This document shows, one piece after another, positions 46,913 to 59,949 of a DNA stretch of 64,000 nt (its first letter is position 1; each line of letters starts with the position of its first letter). The DNA comes from Malacoraja senta. Its lineage: Eukaryota. Location: assembly GCA_038087875.1 (NCBI GenBank), contig JAXLNO010000202.1:1-64000 (forward strand), given 5' to 3'. Made by a program: the position numbers and the translations under genes. Below the pieces are notes generated by a model. The model was not told the origin of the DNA. It saw only the letters and a program-made list of their open reading frames with translations, and searched no databases.

Positions 46913-49040
46913 TATTTTTTAAATAAATACTTCCCCTTAGTCCCATCTACCTGCACTCAGACCATAACCCTCCATTCCTTTCCCGTCCATATACCCATCC
47001 AATCTATTTTTAAAGGATAAAATCAAACCAGCCTCCACCACTTCCACTGGAAGCTCATTCCACACAGCTACCACTCTCTGAGTAAAGAAGTTCCCCCTAA
47101 TGTTACCCCTAAACTTCTGTCCCTTAATTCTCAAGTCATGTCCCCTTGTTTGAATCTTCCCTACTCTCAATGGAAAAAGCTTATCCACGTCAACTCCTAT
47201 TTTGATTTGTCCTGCCGAGATGTAGTACCTCACATTTATCAGCATTAAACTCCATCTGCCATCTTTCAGCCCACTCTTCCAAATGGCCTAAATCTCTCTG
47301 TCGACTTTGAAAATCTACTTCATTATCCACAACACCATCTATCTTAGTATCATCTGCATACTTACTAATCCAATTCTCACACCATCATCCAGATTATTGA
47401 TGTACATGACAAATAACAGTGGACCCAACACAGACCCCTGAGGCACCCCACTAGTCACCGGCCTCCAACCTGACAAACAGCCATCAACCATTACTCTCTG
47501 GCATCTCCCATTCGGCCACTGTTGAATCTATCTTGCTACTCCACCATTAATACCCAACAATTGAACCTTCTTAACCAACCTTCCATGAGGAACCTTGTCA
47601 AAGGCCTTACTGAAGTCCATATAGACAACATCCACTGCTTTACCCTCATCAATTTCCCTAGTAACCTCTTCGAAAAATTCTAGAAGATTAGTCAAACATG
47701 ACCTTCCAGGCACAAATCCATGTTGACTGTTCCTAATCAGACCCTGTTTATCCAGATTCTTATATATATTATCTCCAAGTATCCTTTGCATTAATTTGCC
47801 CACCACTGACGTCAAACTAACAGGTTTGCTAGGTTTACTCTTAGAACCCTTTTAAAACAATGGAACAACATGCGCAGTACGCCAATCCTCTGGCACCATT
47901 CCCGTTTCTAATGACATTTGAAATATTTCTGTCATATCCCCTGCTATTTCTACACTAACTTCCCTCAATGTCCTAGGGAATATCCTGTCAGGACCTGGAG
48001 ACTTATCCACTTTTATCTTTTTCAAAAGTGTCAGTACTTCCTCTTCTTTGAATCTCATAGTTTCCATAACTACACTACCTTGTTTCCCTTACCTCACATA
48101 ATTCAATATCCTTCTCCTTGGTGAATACCGAAGAAAAGAAATTGTTCAATATCTCCCCCATCTCTTTTGGCACTGCAGATAGCTGTCCACTCTGACTCTC
48201 TAATGGACCAATTTTATTCCTTGTTATCCCTTTGCTATTAATATAGCTGTAGAAACCTTTTGCATTTACTTTCACTTTACTTGCCAAAGCAACCTCATAT
48301 CTTTTAGATTTTCTAATTTCTTTCTTAAGATTCTTTTTACATTCTTTATACTCCTCAAGCACCTCATTTACTCCATGCTGCCTATAGTTATTGTAGATCT
48401 CTCTTTTTCCGAACCGTGTCCAATTTCCCTTGAAAACCATGTCTCTTTCCAATTTTTACTACTTTCTTTCAACTGAACAGGGACATAAAGATTCTGTACT
48501 TAAAATGTCACCTTTAAATGTCCTCCATTTCTCTTTTACATCCTTCCCATAAACAAAATATCCCAATTCACCCCTTATAAATCCTTTCTCATCTCCTCAA
48601 AGTTAGCCTTTCTCCAATCAAAAATCTCAACCCTTGGTCCAGTTCTGACCCTCTCCATAATTATATTGAAACTAATGGTATTGTGATCACTGGACCCGAA
48701 GTGCTTCTCAACACATACCTCCGCCACCTGACCTGTCTTATTTCCTAACAGGAGGTCCAGCACTGCCCCTTCTCTAGTAGGTACCTCTATGTATTGCTGC
48801 AAAAAACTATCTTGCACACATTTTACAAACTCCAACCCATCCAGCCCTTTTACAGAATGTGTTTCCCAGTCTATGTGTGGAAAATTGAAATCTCCCACAA
48901 TCACTACCTTGTGCTTACTACTAATATCTGCTATCTCCTTACATATTTGCTCTTCCAATTCTCGCTATAAGTGTTGCTACACCTTTCCCATTTCTCAGTT
49001 CCACCCAAATAGGCTCCCGAGACGAGCTTTCTAATCTATG
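46800..49040 (-). mobile_element. CR1 LINE of second subfamily (EN C-term, RT, 3' end) with internal deletions; (ATT)n at 46871-46903
   Basis: VIVGDFNFPHIDW, GSSDHNTI, KSPGPDRIFPRTL, YMDFSKAFDKVPH; same subfamily as 27498-28238 and 62790-64000. Confidence 0.88.
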
Positions 49041-50247
49041 CTGCCAAAGATTGGTCAAGGGCCAGCGTGGGAGGAAGACAGAAGCAGGAATTATAGGATC
49101 ATTAGTTTAACATCTATTTGTGGGAAGATGCTGGATTCAATAATCACTGTTATGAAACAATCGTTCATCAAACCTGATCAACAGGTTTCGATTACGGGTG
49201 AAGCATGCTGGATAAATAGGCTTGCATTCTTTGAGGATGTGACAGGCAGGGTTGGTGGAGGGGAACCTGGAGATGTGTGTTGACATTTCCAAAAGCCTTT
49301 GATAAGGTGCCGCACCATGCTGATGTATAAATTAAATGCCCAAATTATTGAATAAAGTGTGTTAGCATGAACTGAAAAGCGTCTGATACCTAGTGTGCAG
49401 TGAATGGAAGGTGCTGTACCTGAGCACAACAACAGAACCACATTGGCCATTCTCCAGTCCTCTGGGACCTCACCCTAGGCAAGAGGAAACAAAGACCCCT
49501 GCAATCTCCTCTCTTGCCTCCCTCAATAGCCTGGGATAGATCCCATCAGGCCCCGGGATAGATGCCATCAGGCCCTGGGATAGATCCCATCAGGCCCCTG
49601 GGGATTTATCCGCCTTAAGGCTCTTCAAGAGCTTCCACCGCTCTGATCTCAAAATGCTCCAGTGTACTTGTCTTCTCCACACTGACCTCGCAGTCCCTCA
49701 AAGTCCCTCTCCTTGGTGAATACAGATGCAAAGAACTTGTTTAGTACCTCGCCTACATCCTCTGACTTCAAGAATCGATTCCCCCTCTATTTTTGAGCAA
49801 CCCTACACTCTCCCTGGTCAGACCCTTATTTTTAACGTACATATAAAATGATAAAACTGGTTAGTGTTTGAGTGGAATTCCCCTCTTTCTGTGCGACTGT
49901 GCCATTATCATGAACACCACACATAGAGTAACGCACCAGGTGATGTCTGAGCAACATTACTGTGCAGTAATTATCTAGTTGCTGACTCACGGCATTCTGA
50001 CTACGGGTGCTGTCTGTACGGAGTTTGTACGTTCTTCCGGTGACCGTGTTTCTCTGGGTGCACCGGTTTCCTCCCACACTCCAGAGACATACGGGTTTGC
50101 AGATTAATTTGGTTTTGGTTAGAAGTGTGTGTAGGATAGTGCAGTGTATGGGATTGCTGGTCGGCATGGACTGGGTGGGCTAAAGGGTCTGTTTCCATGC
50201 TGTATCTCTAAACTGAACGAAACAATTGCCTTCCTCATCTTTTGCAG

Positions 50248-50409
50248 GGTGACTCGGGAGGTCCGTTGGTTTGCAGAGATCCCGATAAGACTTGGTTTCT
50301 TGCTGGAATCGTCAGCTATGGGATTAAATGTGCAAGTCCCAACATACCAGGAGTGTATTCCCGTGTGACATCCCTGCGAGACTGGGTGGAGCAGGAAACT
50401 GGGATATAG
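50248..50409 (+). CDS. Serine protease gene, last coding exon (catalytic Ser, stop)
   Basis: TTTGCAG acceptor. Encodes [53 protein letters not shown]; Ser codon 50254-50256, TAG 50407-50409. The six exons sum to 894 nt = 297 aa + stop. Confidence 0.96.
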   Translation, partial: GDSGGPLVCRDPDKTWFLAGIVSYGIKCASPNIPGVYSRVTSLRDWVEQETGI

Positions 50410-51374
50410 ATGGGACGCACTTGCAACTCCCAGCGTGCTCCGTTCATTCCTACTGCATGATCACATTGTTTCTAAAATCTATTCCTAGCGTCGCAAAGAC
50501 GCCACTAATGTAATTTTTATATCCATGGAATCGCAACTTTGCAGATGGCTTTGTTTTGGCAAATTCTTGATGCAAGATTGGTGATGGTCTATCGAGGTCA
50601 TTGTTTTGTGAGTAGGAGTTCCAGAAGCAGAAACCTACACGTTTTTATCACTGGGTTATCACATGTGGGCTTCTCCGGGATACCTTTACAGTAGGTTCAC
50701 ACAACTAGCATTATATTTAGGGTTGGGGTTAAGGACAGCCCCAGTCAGCTGCTGCCTCAGCTTAATTTAAGTAGATTGTATTTTGATATAAATTCCTGAA
50801 TTGTTTACATTGCTCCTATGAGCTCACTGGAACACATTTTGTACCAGGTTTTACATTACAATGCAAGGAGGGAGGATATTATGATGGGCATGGAGACCTC
50901 CAGGCTTCCTAGAGAGCCGGCATTGGCTATTTGGATCACAGTTCTGCTTTACAGTTTAATGTAAAGATAATTTACCCACCAGTCGGGTTGGCTTTGGGTG
51001 GTTGGGGATTGGGAGTGTTCTGCATCGATGACCTATGACCCATACCATATTGTGTACCATCAACAGTGCTAATTATTAATTGATTTAGTAAAAGAAGACT
51101 TTAAAGATAGTCAAGTGTTTAATTGTCTCATGTACTAACAGAGAGGAACATTGCCAAACCAATACTTTGTGAGTTGGAAAATGCTTCATCAACACGAAAT
51201 ACAACGTGTGATCTACGCTTCGCAAGGCTGTCGGGAAGGATTTATTTTTGTATTTTATTACATTGATGATGCGTAGATTGAAATTATGACTAAGAGGGAT
51301 TTTCTTAAGTGGGTGGAAAATGTGGTGGACAAGTGAACAAATGGCAGTGTCCGAGACAAGGTGAGATCTTCGTA

Positions 51375-52378
51375 AATCATAGGGGCAGAATTAGGCCATT
51401 CGGCCCATTGCGTCTATTCCACCATTCAATCAATAGACAATAGGTGCAGGAGTAGGCCATTCGGCCCTTCCAGCCAGCACCGCCATTCAATGTGATCATG
51501 GCTGATCATCCCCAATCAGTACCCCGTTCCTGCCTTCTCCTCATATCCCCTGACTACTATTTTTAAGCCCTACCTAGCTCTCTCTTGAAAGCATCCAGAG
51601 AACCGGCCTCCACTGCCCTCTGAGGCAGAGAATTCCACAGACTCACCACTCTCTGTGAGAAAAGGTGTTTCCTCGTCTCACTTCTAAATGGCTTACTCCT
51701 TATTCTTAAACTGTGGCCCCTGGTTCTGGACTCCCCCAACATCGGGAACACGTTTCCTGCCTCTAGTGTGTCCAAGCCCTTAACAATCTTATATGTTTCA
51801 ATGAGGTTCCCTCTCATCCTTCTAAACTCCAAAGTGTACAAGCTCAGCTGTTCCATTCTCTCAGCATATGACAGTCCCGCCATCCCTGGAATTAACCTTG
51901 TAAACCTACGCTGCACTCCCTCAATAGCAAGAATGTCCTTCCTCCAATTAGGGGACCAAAACTGCCCACAATACTCCAGGTGTGGTCTCACTAGGGCTCT
52001 GTACAACTGTACAATCATGGCTGATCTACCTTTCCCTCTCAACCCCATTCTCCTGCCTTCTCCCGATTACCCTTACCACCCTTTCTAATCAAGAATATGT
52101 CAATCTCCACTTTAAAAATACCCACTGACTTGGCCTCCACAACTGTCTGTGGCAATGAATTCCACAGATTCACCACCCTCTGACTAAAGCAATTCCTTCT
52201 TGTCTCCTTTCTAAACATATATCCTTTTAAGCTGAGGCTGTGCCCTGTGGTCCTAGACTCTCCGACTAGTGGAAACATCCTCTCCACATACACTCTATCC
52301 AGGCCTTTCACTATTCGGTAATTTTCAATGAGGTCTCCTCTCATCCTAAACTTCAATGAGTACATTCCCAGTGCCATG
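51375..52378 (-). mobile_element. CR1 3' portion with nested CR1 (~51430-52010)
   Basis: ORFs 51563-52048 and 52039-52377. CAATCA-type repeat at both junctions. Confidence 0.82.
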
Positions 52379-52409
52379 AAACTTTACCCTGTGACCAGCT
52401 GTACTGGTC

Positions 52410-53365
52410 ACTGAGGCAGTGTTGAACAACCTGAAGTAGTTGTGCACATGGGCACAAACGATGTCGGGAAGAAGAGGAAGGAGGTTCTGCAACGTGAGTT
52501 CAGAGAGTTAGGAAGAGGACTGAAAGGCAGGACTTCTAGGGTGGTTATCTCTGGATTGCTTCCAGTACCTCGTGTTAGTGAGGACAGGAATAGGGAGATA
52601 GGGGATCTGAAATGTGGCTGGGGGGCTGGTGCAGGGAGCAAGGATTTAGCTTTATAGATCACTGGGATCTTTTCTGGGGTAGGGGTGACCTGTACAAAAG
52701 GGACGGTTACACCGTAACTGGAGTGGTCCAATGTTCTGGCAGGCAGGTTTGCTAGGGTTACATGTGTGGATTTAAACTAAATAGTGGGGGGGAGGGATTG
52801 ACAAATTGGGAGTATAAAGATGGAGTTGAAGGGGAAGTGAGTACAGGAAAAGTTACAAAAGACTCCCAAATTAATAAGAAGGAAAGTTCGAGAAGGGATA
52901 AGAGAGTAAGGTCAGGGCCCAAAAGTGACCGGAGTGAGAGGGGAGGTGAATACGGAGGTCAAAGTGATGTATATGAATGTGCAAATTATAAGAAATAAAG
53001 TGGATGAGCTTGAGGCTCAGTTGGAAATTGGCAAGTATGATGTTGTGGGAATTAATGAGACATGGCTGCAGAGGACTAGGGCTGGGAATTGAATATTCAA
53101 AGGTATACGTCCTTTCGAAAAGACAGACAGGAGGGCAAAGGGGGTGGGGTAGCTTTGTTGGTGAGGAATGAAATTCTGTCCCTTGCAAGGGGAGACATAG
53201 AATCAGGAGATGGGGAGTTAGTATGGATAGAACTGAGAAATAGTGAGGGTGGAAAAGGCCCTAATGGGAGTTCTCTACAGGCCCCAAACAGTAGCCTGGA
53301 CATAGGGTGCAGGTTGAATCAAGAGTTTACATTGGCATGTCGAAAGGTAATGCTACGGTTGTTAT
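52410..53365 (+). mobile_element. CR1 LINE ORF1 (SGNH esterase-like) end and ORF2 endonuclease start
   Basis: VVHMGTNDVG...VVISGLLPVPR (ORF1); RNKVDELEAQL..YDVVGINETWL and RKDRQEGKGGGVALLV (APE). Confidence 0.8.
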
Positions 53366-53367
53366 AG

Positions 53368-53628
53368 CACAAATTGGAGGAACAGCACCTAATATTTCAC
53401 TTGGGTAGTTTACATTCCAACGGTATGAACATTGACTTCTCCAACTTCAGGTAGCCCTTGCTCTCTCTGTTCATTCCCCACTCATCTCCCCCCCCCCCCC
53501 CTTCCCAGTTCTCCCACTATCTCTGCTACATTCTTTCTTTGTCCTGCCCCCTCCTCTGACAACATCAGTCTAAAAAGTGGGTCTCGACCCGCAACGTCGC
53601 CAATTCCTTCTCTCCAGAGATGCTGCCT
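53368..53628 (+). mobile_element. Penelope-like element 3' end
   Basis: KLEEQHLIFHLGSLHSNGMNIDFSNFR* followed by a degenerate terminal repeat. Confidence 0.7.
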
Positions 53629-53629
53629 C

Positions 53630-54382
53630 AATGATGCCAGATTGGGGGAAAGGGAAGTGTAACGAGACCTGAGTGTCCTTGTACACCAGTCACTGAAAGT
53701 AAACATGCAGGTACAGCAGGCTGTGCAGAAAGCTAATGGCATGTTGGCTTCATAATGAGAGGATTTGAGTATAGGAGTAAAGAGGTCCTTCTGCAGTTGT
53801 ATAGGGCCCTGGTGAGACCACATCTGGAGTATTGTGCGCAGTTTTGGTCTCCTAATTTGAGGAAGGACATCCTTGCTATTGGGGTAGTGCAGCATAGGTT
53901 CACCAGTTCAATCCCCGGGATGGCGGGACTGTCATATGAGGAAAGATTGGAAAGACTGGGCGTGTATTCACTGGAATTTAGAAGGATGAGGGGGATCTTA
54001 TAGAAACATATACAATTATAAAAGGACTGGACAAGCTAGATGCAGGAAAAATGTTCCCAATGTTGGGGGAGTCCAGAACCAGGGGCCACAGTCTAAGAAT
54101 AAAGGGGAGGCCATTTAAAACTGAGATGAGAAAAAAATGTTTTCACCCAGAGAGTTGTGAATTTCTGGAATTCTCTGCTACAGAAAGTAGTGGAGGCCAA
54201 TTTACTGGATGAATATAAAAGAGTTAGACAGAGCTATAGGGCTAGCGGGATCAAAGGATATGGGGAGAAGGCAGGCACGGGTTATTGATTGTGGATGATC
54301 AGTGTTGATCACAATGAATGGTGGTGCTGGCTCGAAGGGCCAAATGGCCTCCTCCTGCACCTATTTTCTGTGTTTCTATGTT
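53630..54382 (+). mobile_element. CR1 LINE 3' portion
   Basis: ORF 53755-54003 and tail. Confidence 0.87.
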
Positions 54383-55321
54383 TTGTAATATTCTTGAGTT
54401 TGGAAGATCAAGCAGTTTAAAATATTACCAGGCTTAAGTTGAGTGGGCTGTGGTGTGCTCCCATTGGCAAGGGGTTGAAGATGGGCAGCTCAGGAGTCAG
54501 TTAGGGACCATTTCTTCATTCCGTGACCAATAGAAGTTTGAGCCTTCCTTCCCTGGCTGAGGATCCACAGCAGCTGTTGGTACTGAGATGTTTGCATTGG
54601 AATTTTACGGGTAAATATGGCCGTTGAGGGTTAACGATCTGCTCTGTGAAGGAGGGCGCAATGCCTGAGAGATACATCATGTTCCTGCTGCTCCACTGTT
54701 ACAATCTACAGCGTAGAAACTGGCCCTTTAGCCCAACTTGCCCACACCGACCAACATGCCCCATCTACACGTCCCACCAGCCTGCTTTAAACCCATATCC
54801 CTCGAAACTTGTCCTATCCACGTACCTGTCCACGTTAAATGATTCAAATGTACATGCCTCAACTGCCTCTTCTGGCAGATTCTTCATAAGATAGTTCATG
54901 TGATAGGAGTAGAATTAGGCCATTCGGCCCATCAAGTCTACTCCGCCATTCAATCATGGCTGATCAATCTTTCCCTCCTAACCCCATTCTCCTGCCTTCT
55001 CCCATAACCACTGACTCCTGTACTGATCAAGAATCTATCTGTCTCTTGCCTTCAATATATCCACTGATTTTCCTCCACTGCCTTCTGCGGCAAAGAATTC
55101 CACAGACTCACCACCCTCTGACTAAAGAAGTTCATCATCTCCTTCCTAAAGAGTGTCCTTTATTTCTAAGGTTATGACCTCAAGTCCTAGACCCTCCGGC
55201 TAGTGGAAACATCCTCTCCAATCCACTCCATCCAAGCCTATCACTATCCTATACATTTCAATGAGGTCCCCCCTCATATTTCTAAACTCCAGCGAGTACA
55301 GGCCCAGTGCCGACAAACGCT

Positions 55322-56940
55322 CATAGAAACATAGAAAATAGGTGCAGGATTAGGCCATTATGCCCTTCGAGCCTGCACCGCCATTCAATATGATCATGCC
55401 TGATCATCCAACTCGGTATCCTGTACCTGCTTTCTCTCCATACCCCCTGATCCCTTTAGCCACAAGGGCCACATCTAACTCCCTCTTAAATATAGCCAAT
55501 GAACTGGCCTCAACTACCTTCTGTGGCAGAGAATTCCAGAGATTCACCACTTTCTGTGTAAAAAATGTATTTCTCATCTTAGTCCTAAAAGATTTCCCCT
55601 TTATCCTTAAACTGTGACCCCTTGTTCTGGACTCCCCCAACATCGGGAACAATCTTCCTGCATCTAGCCTGTCCAACCCCTTAAGAATTTTGTAAGTTAC
55701 TATAAGATCCCCCCTCAGTCTTCTAAATTCCAGCGAGTACAAGCCGAGTCTATCCAGTCTTTCCTCATGTGAAAGTCCTGACATCCCAGGAATCAGTCTG
55801 GTGAACCTTCTCTGTACTCCCTCTATGGCAAGAATGTCTTTCCTCAGATTTGGAGACCAAAACTGTATGCAATACTCCAGGTGTGGTCTCACCAAGACCC
55901 TGTACAACTGCAGTAGAACCTCCCTGCTCCTATACTCAAATCCTTTTGCTATGAATGCTAACATACCATTCGCTTTCTTCACTGCCTGCTGCACCTGCAT
56001 GCCCACTTTCAATGACTGGTGTACCATGACACCCAGGTCTCATTGCATCTCCCCTTTTCCTAATCGGCCACCATTCAGGTAATAGTCTACTTTCCTGTTT
56101 TTGCCACCAAAGTGGATAACCTCACATTTATCCACATTATACTGCATCTGCCAAACATTTGCCCACTCACCCAGCCTATCCAAGTCATCTTGCAGCCTCC
56201 TAGCATCCTCCTCACAGCCACTGCCCCCCAGCTTCGGTGGCATCCGCAAACTTGGAGATGTTGCATTCAATTCCCTCGTCCAGATCATTAATATATATTG
56301 TAAATAGCTGAGGTCCCAGCACTGAGCCTTGCGGTACCCCACTAGTCACTGCCTGCCATTCTGAAAAGGACCCGTTTACTCCTACTCTTTGCTTCCTGTC
56401 TGCCAGCCAGTTCTCTATCCACATCAATACTGAACCCCCAATACTGTGTGCTTTAAGTTTGTATATTAATCTCTTATGTGGGACCTTGTCGACAGCCTTC
56501 TGAAAGTCCAGATATAACACATCCACTGCTTCTCCCTTATCCACTCTACTAGTTACATCCTCGAAAAATTATATAAGATTCGTCGGACATGATTTACCTT
56601 TCGTAAATCCATGCTGACTTTGTCCAATGATTTCACCACTTTCCAAATGTGCTGCTATCCCATCTTTAATAACTGACTCTAGCAGTATCCCCACTACCGA
56701 TGTTAGACTAACTGGTCTGTAATTCCCGGTTTTCTCTCTCCCTCCCTTTTTAAAAAAGTGGGGTTACATTAGCTACCCTCCAATCATCAGGAATTACTCC
56801 AGAACCTAAAGAGTTTTGAAAAATTATCACTAATGCATCCACTATTTCTGGGGCTACTTCCTTAAGTACTCTGGGATGCAGCCTATCTGGCCCTGGGGAT
56901 TTATCGGTCTTTAATCCATTCAATTTACCTAACACCACTT
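55322..56940 (-). mobile_element. CR1 LINE (RT to 3' tail)
   Basis: ORFs 55404-56027, 56212-56544 and 56750-56938; same subfamily as 45285-46800. Confidence 0.9.
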
Positions 56941-57541
56941 AGGTTAACCTACTCGTATGTTAACCTACTCATTCCTGGGATCGTTCTTGTAAACCTCCTC
57001 TGGACCCTCTCCAGAGCCAGCACATCCTTCCTCAGATATGGTGCCCAAAATTGCTTACAATATTACAAATGCATATTCCTGACCAGTGCCTTATAAAGCC
57101 TCAGCGTTACATCTCATTGATCCATACATCTGCCGCCTTTTGTGTAAAGAATAACGTTACCCCTCAAGTTACCACATTAAATCCCCCACCTCCCCGCCCC
57201 TCACCTTAAATCTATGTTCTCTGGTTTTAGAGTCATGGTGTGATACAGTGTGGCAACAAGCCCCTGCCCACACCAGCCAACATGTACCAGCTACACTAGT
57301 CCCACCTGCCCGCGTTTGGTCCATATCCCTCCAAACCTGCCCTATCCATGTACCTGTCTAACTGTTTTTAAATGTTGGGATTGTCCCAGCCTCAACTACC
57401 TCCTCTGGCAGCTCGTTCCAGACACCCACCACCCTTTGTGTGGAAATGTTACCCCTCAGATTCCTATGAGATGTTTTCCCCTTCACCTTGAACCAATGTC
57501 CTCTGGTCCTTGATTCACCTACTCTGGACCAGAGACTCTGT

Positions 57542-57900
57542 GCATCTACTGGAGAACACGAATAGGTGATGTTTCATAGAATGCTGGAGTAACTCATCAG
57601 GTCAGGCAGCATCTGTGGAGACCATGGATAGGTGACGTTTCACAGAGTGCTGGAGTAACTCAGCGGGTCAGGCAGCATCTGTGGAGAACATGGATAGGTA
57701 ACGTTTCATAGAATGCTGGAGTAACTCAGCGGGTCAGGCAGCATCTGTGGAGAACATGGATAGGTGACGTTTCACAGAGTGCTGGAGTAACTCAGCGGGT
57801 CAGGCAGCATCTGTGGAGAACATGGATAGGTGACGTTTCACAGAGTGCTGGAGTAACTCAGCGGGTCAGGCAGCTTCTGTGGAGAAGGACGGGTGACTTT
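57542..57900 (-). repeat. 66-bp tandem array (~5 copies), same unit as 8101-8422
   Basis: GGAGA(A/C) anchor recurs at 57551, 57617, 57683, 57749, 57815 and 57881. Confidence 0.9.
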
Positions 57901-58862
57901 TGGGCTTTATCCCCAACCGAAACATTGACCGTTTATTTTCATCACAGTTGCTGCCTGACCTATGGAGTTTCTCCAGCAGATTATTTGCCCCTGATTCCGG
58001 CATTTGCAGTCTCCTATCTCCAGCATGTATTCCTGATTAAAACACATGTCTACATGGTTAAGTCCATGTGATAGGAGCACAATTAGGCCATTCGGCTCAT
58101 TAAGCCTTCTCTGCCATTCAATCATGGCTGATCTATCTCTCCCTCCTAACCCCATTCTCCTGCCTTCTCCCCATAACCCCTGACACCCACACTAATCAAG
58201 AAGCTGTCAGTCTCTGCTTTATGAAATGAATAACTGCACAGCTTCTGTGGCAATGAATTCCACAGATTCATCACACTCTACTGATGATGAGAATTCCTCC
58301 TCATCTCCTTTCTAAAGGTACATCTGCCTTCCACCACTATCTGCTGAACCTGTACTGCCACTTATAACAATGTTATTGTGTGAGTGATAATTGACTGGGT
58401 TTAAATTGGAATGTGTTGTGTGGTGACAAGTCAGTACAAGTCTGTGTGGTTCATTGATTGTATTACAGACATGATGATATTATACACACTAGTTGACCAG
58501 AATGATGCTGGCTTAGGAGCTATCAGCTACAATGGTTCGATTCAATGATACTCTGTTGTCACATGTGCCGAGGTATTCTTTGTTTTGCGTACATCCTGGA
58601 AACATCATGCTGCAGACCTCACCAAGGCAGGTGTCACCGAGTTTTCTGGTGCTGACAAAGTTACAAATGTTAATTGAACAGTCCGATCTACAGCTCCAAT
58701 GGCAGCAGCTGCCCTCTCCACCGGGGTCCCAGTTTGTTCTGGGCACCCCCTCCTCTCCTCCCCCCTACCCTACCCTTTTGGCTGCGATTGTGGTGGGGAG
58801 GGTCCCTCTGCCCTCTGTGGCCCCACGCTGGGACGTTGGGCTCTATGGGCCTGACACCCGCA

Positions 58863-59010
58863 TGCTGCTGGGATGATGGGCTGCTGGGATGGGCTGCTGG
58901 GATGATGGGCTGCTGGGATGATGGGCTGCTGGGATGATGGGGCTGCTGGGATGATGGGCTGCTGGGATGATGGGCTGCTGGGATGGGCTGCCGGGATGGA
59001 CTGCTGGGAT
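58863..59010. repeat. 13-16-bp minisatellite (GCTGCTGGGATGATGG)
   Basis: Directly visible tandem units. Confidence 0.9.
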
Positions 59011-59949
59011 TCACACGGAGAGGCTGGGCAGACCTGGATTGTTTTCTCTGGAACAATGGGGATAGGAGGAAGAGATGGATCAGACATAATGGGCCAAATA
59101 GCCTAATTCTGCTCCTATCATTTATGACCATATGAACACTCCGGAGGTTGCCAGGGGATCTAATAGAAGTATATAAAATAATGAGAGGTGTGGATAGGGT
59201 AGACAGTCAGTGCCTTTTTCCCAGGGTGGCGGTGTCCAACACTAGAGGGTGAGAGGGACAAAGTTTAAAGGAGATGTGAAGGCCAAGTTGTGCGATGTAA
59301 GTGTTTTACAGGGAGTGGTGGAGTCAGCTACGTGCTGCCAGGGGTGGTGGTGGAGGCAGATACAATAGTGGTGTTTAAGGGTCTTTTAGATCGGCATGGA
59401 TATGGAGGGACCCGGATGACGTGCAGGCAGGTGAGTTGGTTTTGGCATCGTGATGGGCATGGAGATTGTGGACCCTACGATCTGTTTCTATGCTGTACAG
59501 TGCTATGTTCAGTATTCAACCTGAGCCACAAATTGAACAGATTATTGCCGTGACATCCTCCTCCATCAATAAAGCTGTACCCCCTCCTCCTTTACCCTCA
59601 CCTCTATCTCTCCTGTAGACCCTGTACCCTGGAACAGTAAGCTGCTGATCCTGTCTCTCTTCATCAGCTTTCTGTAATGGCTGCAACATCCCAGTCGCAC
59701 GTACCTATCCATGCCATGAGTTCATCTGCCTTTCCCGTCAGCCTCTCGTACTAAAGAGCCTGTGGCGGCACCCAGTGATCAGGTCACTTGCTACACGAAC
59801 CTTCAGCAGTCGGGGGGGAGGGGGTTAGGGTCACGTGACTGCAATGGCTGGGAGGAGTGGTCACAGGGTATAGGGGTGTGTCCTACTATATCCAAGGTTC
59901 AAAGGTTCATTTATTGTCACACACCAATTGGTGTAGTGAAATTCAAGTT

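Noticed and set aside
45379..46956. 525-aa ORF as a host gene or functional RT
   Set aside because: It is a chimeric read-through of an (ATT)n tail into a 5'-truncated CR1; the catalytic DD is mutated to VD.
50410..51370. 3' UTR end / polyadenylation site of the protease gene
   Set aside because: Likely UTR, but I found no clear AATAAA, so no boundary is called.
57542..57900. CRISPR-like regular spacing of repeats
   Set aside because: The units are wholly repeated with no unique spacers, in a eukaryotic context with no cas genes.
58688..59131. 147-aa S/P/Q-rich ORF
   Set aside because: Translation of a minisatellite.
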